Source: Patellaria atrata CBS 101060
Lineage: Eukaryota
Assembly (NCBI GenBank): GCA_010093705.1
Contig: MU006104.1
Span: 248,001-312,000 of the forward strand
Direction of reading: 5' to 3'
DNA length: 64,000 nucleotides
This document shows, piece after piece, positions 60,898-64,000 of this stretch. The notes beneath the pieces were generated by a model, which was not told the DNA's origin, made no database searches, and saw only the letters and a program-made list of their open reading frames with translations. A program made the position numbers and the translations under genes. Each line of letters begins with the position of its first letter. Position 1 is the first letter of the stretch.

Positions 60898-62857
60898 GAA
60901 AGTTATGTGTACTACTGCCTAAGGCATCCCACGCCTAGAAATGGGCTAATGGGGAGGTAGATTGGGGGAAGATGGAGAAAGGGCCGGGTAGGACAGCGGA
61001 TGGAGATCGGCTAGGGTAGTTCTATGTTTAGGAAGTTATCGGGTTCGGATTCAGTGTATTATTATATTGTATGGCGCTCAAGGAGCCGTGTTACTGGTCT
61101 TCACCCACAACCGGGTAACGTCTTCTGCCTTTTCACCCGGTTTATGTCACACAGATATAATGAACGCAGATTAGAGATCCACATCTCCAGAGGGCAAGAT
61201 AGAGTAAGGAGCATAAACGGTCAAACTTCGAGGACTTTTAGCGACTTGGTACATCTGCAGTTGGCCTGATACGAATGAAGAAGCGCCACAGAAACTTGTA
61301 GGCTAAATTAATGCATATCTGGACCAGGAATGACGCATGTTTGCCGATACACGTGGCTCCCCCTATATGTGATCTCCAGTGCATTGCATTCTGCATTATG
61401 AACCCAAACACCGAGCCCAAACACCTACCTATCTATCTGTGTCGAAGAGCCAGCAGCCCAATTCTACGAGACCAGCAACCGAGGACGTCAGAAGCGGGTC
61501 GGGGAGGCCGTCCAGTAGCTGGTTGTCGGGACATGCACTGTTGGTGCCCGCTAAATGACAACTGCAGTCGTTTTTGTGGTAAGATAGCGAGTGGGAAACT
61601 GGTAATTGCCGTGATCGTTGCTCCTCTGCCGTCCTGATGCTCTCTTCAGAATAACACTTCCGTTTCCGTGTGGCCGTGCGTGCCGCTCGATAATCCTACC
61701 TTCCAGACATGGCCATATTACTTGTTGTTTTAACGGTCCTTTTCTGAAGTTTATACACAAAAGGTGTCCACTAGTGGCCTCATAGACAACGCTGTTGGCG
61801 ATTTTCATCCAGGTTTTTGAATCTATATCCAGTGGGTGGAGGTCGGGCCGCAGGCGCCGTGACCAGGATAATGTAGATCTCCCATGCTGATTGGTGCGTA
61901 AAGCGAAGGGATGGTGATAATCGTGATCTTTTTATGCAGTGACAGAAAGACGTTCATGAGAGAAATTGGCTTAGATCATCTCAAAAGACAAAAATCTCGG
62001 CACCTGGCGTCGTGGTGGGCAGGTAATAAAGACGTTAGATTTTGGTTGGAGGGGTCATAGCGTATATCGGGTCGCTAAAGGGCATGTAAGATCGGATACG
62101 ATGACTTGGAGGAATAGCGTAATAATGTGAAGCTTGCGGAGTACAACGACCCAGGTTGTTTGGAGAGAATTAATAAGGAACGGGTGGGGTAGAACGAGGG
62201 TTGCTAGACAGGTCTACCGGGTAAGATTGTGGGATTGACCGGTGCTCTCTGAAACGTTAGACTCTGGTAGTACCATGACCGACCTCCCATGATTCCTTGA
62301 TATCTCACTATATCTTGAGAGCACACGGCATAACAAGTGAGAGTACTAGGTAGTTCCTAACCCTGTTAGTTGACTTTGAGGTAGAGGAAATGTGTGACTG
62401 TTTGCCAGAGGTGCATATGCAAGACTATCTTGTTTGCTCATAGATTAAACTTGAACTGTCATACGACCGTTGCTGAGTCGATAATGTAAAGATGTATGAT
62501 CACGTGCGAGTGATGATCCGCTATACGAATTGGTAGTAATCCGTAAGTTGTGTTTGATATAATATGCAATGCATTTCTAGGCTATGTTCAGCATGTGATG
62601 ATGCTATGATGCATGTAAAAAGTAGGGATTTTCCTTCAAAATGCTTATTCGTGGGATCTTCATAATGTTGAAGGGTCGATATATAAAGGTTCCATTCGCT
62701 AGGAGGTGACTCCGGGGGTATGTTCTAGGTAATCCATGTTGCTTCCAGAACTCCACGCTGAGAACGAGATGATGCTTTTAATTTCTGAAAATAAACGGTC
62801 GGTTTACTCTTTATTATGCCACGTAAATGGATTCCGACCAAGGAAACGATTATGAAA

Positions 62858-63781
62858 TCACCATTTCCCTCTCCTGCCTCTGTGCTTCTTCTTTCCCTGA
62901 CCCCAACCACCCCTGAACTTCTGTTGCTGAGTTTGTTGCGATTGTGGGCCTCCGAACGATTGCACATTCCGTTCCTCCCTCTCCCTTTCTTCCTCCCGTT
63001 CTCTTTCAGCTTCACGTTCTGCTCTTTCGCGTTCAATTTCTTCTCGACTCTTTTCGATCCGGACCTCTGGTTTCTTTAAATCCTTGTCCTCCACCCACCT
63101 CGCGTGAGCACCAACATTACAGCCTTTTCCGTTAGGACAGAACCCTGCCAGGTAAAAATCACATATCTTCTCTTTCTTCACATGCCTTTTAGCACAATAT
63201 GGACCTAGTGGACAGAATCCTCGGTCGTAATGCGGACAAAGGGGCAACTTCGATTCTGGATCGATATGGAGGTAGAGACAGTCGTCACCTTGGGAGCAGG
63301 TCTGATGGCGGGAGAAGAAATTGCATTCTGGCATGCGGCGGAGGTTAAACTCATGCAGGAACTCGCACGCGTCACCCTTCTTGCATAAACCGCGCAGCCA
63401 ATGTTTACAGACTAGACTACAAAACTTGATTTAGCAACTGATACTCTGAGACTGAACGGTGTAAGCGTTTGGAAAACGGAATGAAACGTATATGAAACAA
63501 CGAATAGGATGACGAGAAAAAGGCTAGAATTTGCTTATTCTATATGGAAGATTGGAGATGTCATACTTATTGTGAGGAGTAGAAGTGTGGTGTTTGTCAG
63601 GACAGTTGTTACCCAGGGGGCAATGGCCCTGCATGTACGCCTTGCAGGCTGGCCTGTTAGGGTCCAGGCCAAAGCGATATTCGCGCTTTAGGAACTCATT
63701 GAAGCTAAACTCGTAGATAGGCGGTGTCGATTGATGAAGGATCTGCTCCACCGCTGCCCGTGTGTGTACTGTAGCGGTCAT
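62858..63781 (-). CDS. YTH1: mRNA 3'-end processing factor Yth1 (CPSF30), five CCCH fingers; 2 exons
   Basis: [52 protein letters not shown] and [15 protein letters not shown]. Intron 63417-63566. Confidence 0.96.
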
Positions 63782-64000
63782 AGTGGGTGTAAGACTGGGG
63801 TGAACTCGTGGCCACTCGTGTAGCCCTTTCCCCGCAAATATAGGTATTCTCCCCGTGAGATGATTATATGAATTTGATGAAGACTAGACCCAATGTTCGA
63901 TGAGGGGGGGAAGTCGTGATAGGGTTGCTCGAAGGTGCGCCGTGTCAATAAAGCGTGGAGAAACCTTATTTGTTTCAGCCTTAGAGAAAGCAACTAAGAG

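Overview
Intron-containing genomic DNA from a filamentous ascomycete (Pezizomycotina; GT(A/G)NGT...CTAAC/CTGAC...YAG introns of mostly 48-150 nt). About 19 intact genes are readable: TAF7 (runs off the left edge) head-to-head with a probable TAF3, valyl-tRNA synthetase, an AlkB dioxygenase, CYP53 benzoate 4-monooxygenase, a DevR/Hpa3-type bHLH factor, an F-box-like protein, an NTF2-like protein, two MFS transporters (one Pho84-like), a PIR/GPI wall protein, an OGFr-domain protein, a Sel1-repeat Nif1/Dsf2-like protein, a DUF1776 protein, Wss1, Yth1 and two conserved hypotheticals. There is also a disabled NACHT (fungal NLR-like) pseudogene. The best hand-read find is a 7-exon gene that the ORF track covers only as fragments (41061-42170, minus). 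It encodes a secreted Cys-rich protein with two beta/gamma-crystallin-like domains, apparently built by duplication of a three-exon unit, with a stop codon inside the inter-domain splice donor. Other notable items are a ValRS presequence that may start at a non-AUG codon, a symmetric element in the TAF7/TAF3 shared promoter, and clustered Pho4-type boxes upstream of the phosphate transporter. No tRNA, rRNA, CRISPR array or intact transposon was seen. All family calls are by motif recognition; no database search was run.
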